From Okamejei kenojei (taxonomy: Eukaryota), in contig CM069154.1 in NCBI GenBank assembly GCA_035221665.1, positions 6,262,001-6,326,000 on the forward strand: 64,000 nt of DNA, in the 5' to 3' direction. Positions 62,390 to 64,000 of the stretch are shown here, in pieces. The position numbers and the translations under genes are program-made. Numbering within the stretch: position 1 is the stretch's first letter; every line of letters begins with the position of its first letter. The notes below the pieces were generated by a model. That model ran no database searches. It saw only the letters and a list, made by a program, of their open reading frames with translations, and was not told where the DNA came from.

Positions 62390-64000
62390 GGGGTGTAAAA
62401 TGAGGGTAGAAGCAATAGGTAACAAGGTGAAAAGTAAAAGTGACAGGCAGACAAATCCAGGGCAAAAATCAAAAAGGGCCACTTTTCATCATAATTGTAT
62501 AAGGGGTAAGAGTGTTGTAAAAACAAGCCTGAAGGCTTTGTGTCTCAATGCAAGGAACATTCGTAATAAGGTAGATGAGTTGAATGTACAGATAGTTATT
62601 AATGAATATGATATAGTTGGGATCACGGAGACATGGCTCCAGGGTGACCAAGGCTGGGAGCTGAACATCCAGGGATATTCAATATTCAGGAGGGATAGAC
62701 AGGAAGGAAAAGGAGGTGTGGTCGCATTGCTTGTTAGAGAGGAGATTAACGCAATAGAAAGGAAGGACATTAGCTTGGAGGATGTGGAATCGATATGGGT
62801 AGAGCTGCGAAACACTTAAGGGGCAGAAAACGCTAGTGGGAGTTGTGTACAGGCCACCTAACAGTGGTAGTGGAGTTGGGGATGGCATCAAACATGAAAT
62901 TAGAAATGCGTGCAACAAAGGTAAAACAGTTATAATGGGTGACTTCAATCTACATATAGATTGGGTTAATCAAATTGGCAGGGATGCTGAGGAAGAGGAT
63001 TTCTTGGAATATATGCGGGATAGTTTTCTAAAACAACATGTAGAGGAACCAACGAGAGAGCAGGCTATTCTAGACTGGGTATTGAGTAATGAGGAAGGGT
63101 TAGTTAGCCGTCTTGTTGTGCATGCCCCCTTGGGCAAGAGTGACCATAATATGGTTGGGTTCTTCATTAAGATGGAGAGTGACATTCTTAATTCAGAAAC
63201 AAGGGTTCTGAACTTAAAGAGAGGTAACGTTGAGGGTATGAGATGTGAATTGGTCAAGATAGATTGGCAATTGATTCTTAACATAGAAACATAGAAATTA
63301 GGTGCAGGAGTAGGCCGTTCAGCCCTTCGAGCCTGCACCGCCATTCAATATGATCATGGCTGATCATCCAACTCATATCCCATACCTGTCTTCTCTCCAT
63401 ACCCTCTGATCCCCTTAGCCGCAAGGGCCACATCTAACTCCCTCTTAAATATAGCCAATGAACTGGCCTCAACTACCCTCTGTGGCAGAGAGTTCCAGAG
63501 ACTCACCACTCTCTGTGTGAAAAAAGTCTTTCTCATCTCGGTCCTAAAGGATTTCCCCCTTATCCTTAAGCTGTGACCCCTTGTCCTGGACTTCCCCAAC
63601 ATCGGGAACAATCTTCCTGCATCTACCCTGTCCAACCCCTTAAGAATTTTGTAAGTTTCTATAAGATCCCCTCTCAATCTCGTAAATTCTGGAGAGTATA
63701 AACAGAGTCTATTCAGTCTTTCTTCGTAAGACAGTCCTGACATCCCATGAACCAGTCTGGTGAACCTTCTCTGCACTCCTCTGCACTCCCTCTATGGCAA
63801 TAATGTCCTTCCTCAGATTTGGAGACCAAAACTGTACACAGTACTCCAGGTGTGGTCTCACCAAGACCTTGTACAAAGGGTTGACGGTGGATATGCAATG
63901 GAAGGCATTTAAAGACTGCATGGATGAACTACATTGTTCATCCCAGTTTGGCAAAATAAATCGGGGAAGGTAGTGCATCCGTGGATAACAAGGGAAATCA
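62390..64000 (+). mobile_element. CR1 ORF2 endonuclease region interrupted by an antisense CR1 3' fragment (63281-63875)
   Basis: YDIVGITETW, GVVYRPPN, MGDFN, GKSDHN; the + element breaks at ...gattcttaa and resumes at aaagggttgacgg; the nested copy has a (catagaaa)n tail. Confidence 0.9.

Noticed and set aside
52450-64000. Further GNAI exons
   Set aside because: No AGESGKSTIVKQM-coding exon 2 was found; the region is treated as intron 1.

Overview
Vertebrate genomic DNA, very probably from a cartilaginous fish (skate/ray-like), judged from the HE1/V-SINE, CR1 and Penelope repeat content and the receptor type. It is not prokaryotic. Bases ~0.9-35 kb are the end of a tandem cluster of CD300/pIgR/TREM-like (MDIR-type) Ig-superfamily receptors, reconstructed by hand from splice sites and exon phases. 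Gene A (3' end only) is inhibitory, with two ITIMs and an ITSM. Genes B and C are activating-type paralogues with Lys/Arg at the TM start and short tails, and both carry lesions. Two inverted C2-exon relics follow. Exon 1 of a G(i)-alpha gene (probably GNAI3) lies in a CpG island at 52332-52449, and the rest of the window appears to be its intron 1. Repeats include CR1, Rex1/Babar, Tc1, hAT and V-SINEs. The less obvious features are: a 5' LTR with a tRNA-Ser primer-binding site and a splice donor at a duplication breakpoint (8.9-9.6 kb); about 25 Penelope-derived tails carrying a minimal hammerhead-ribozyme motif; three Penelope insertions, each with its own 12-14 bp target-site duplication (TSD), stacked in ~55 bp of original DNA at the GNAI promoter; and local sequence captured inside Penelope fragments. 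Exon coordinates were checked by hand; repeat boundaries are approximate.
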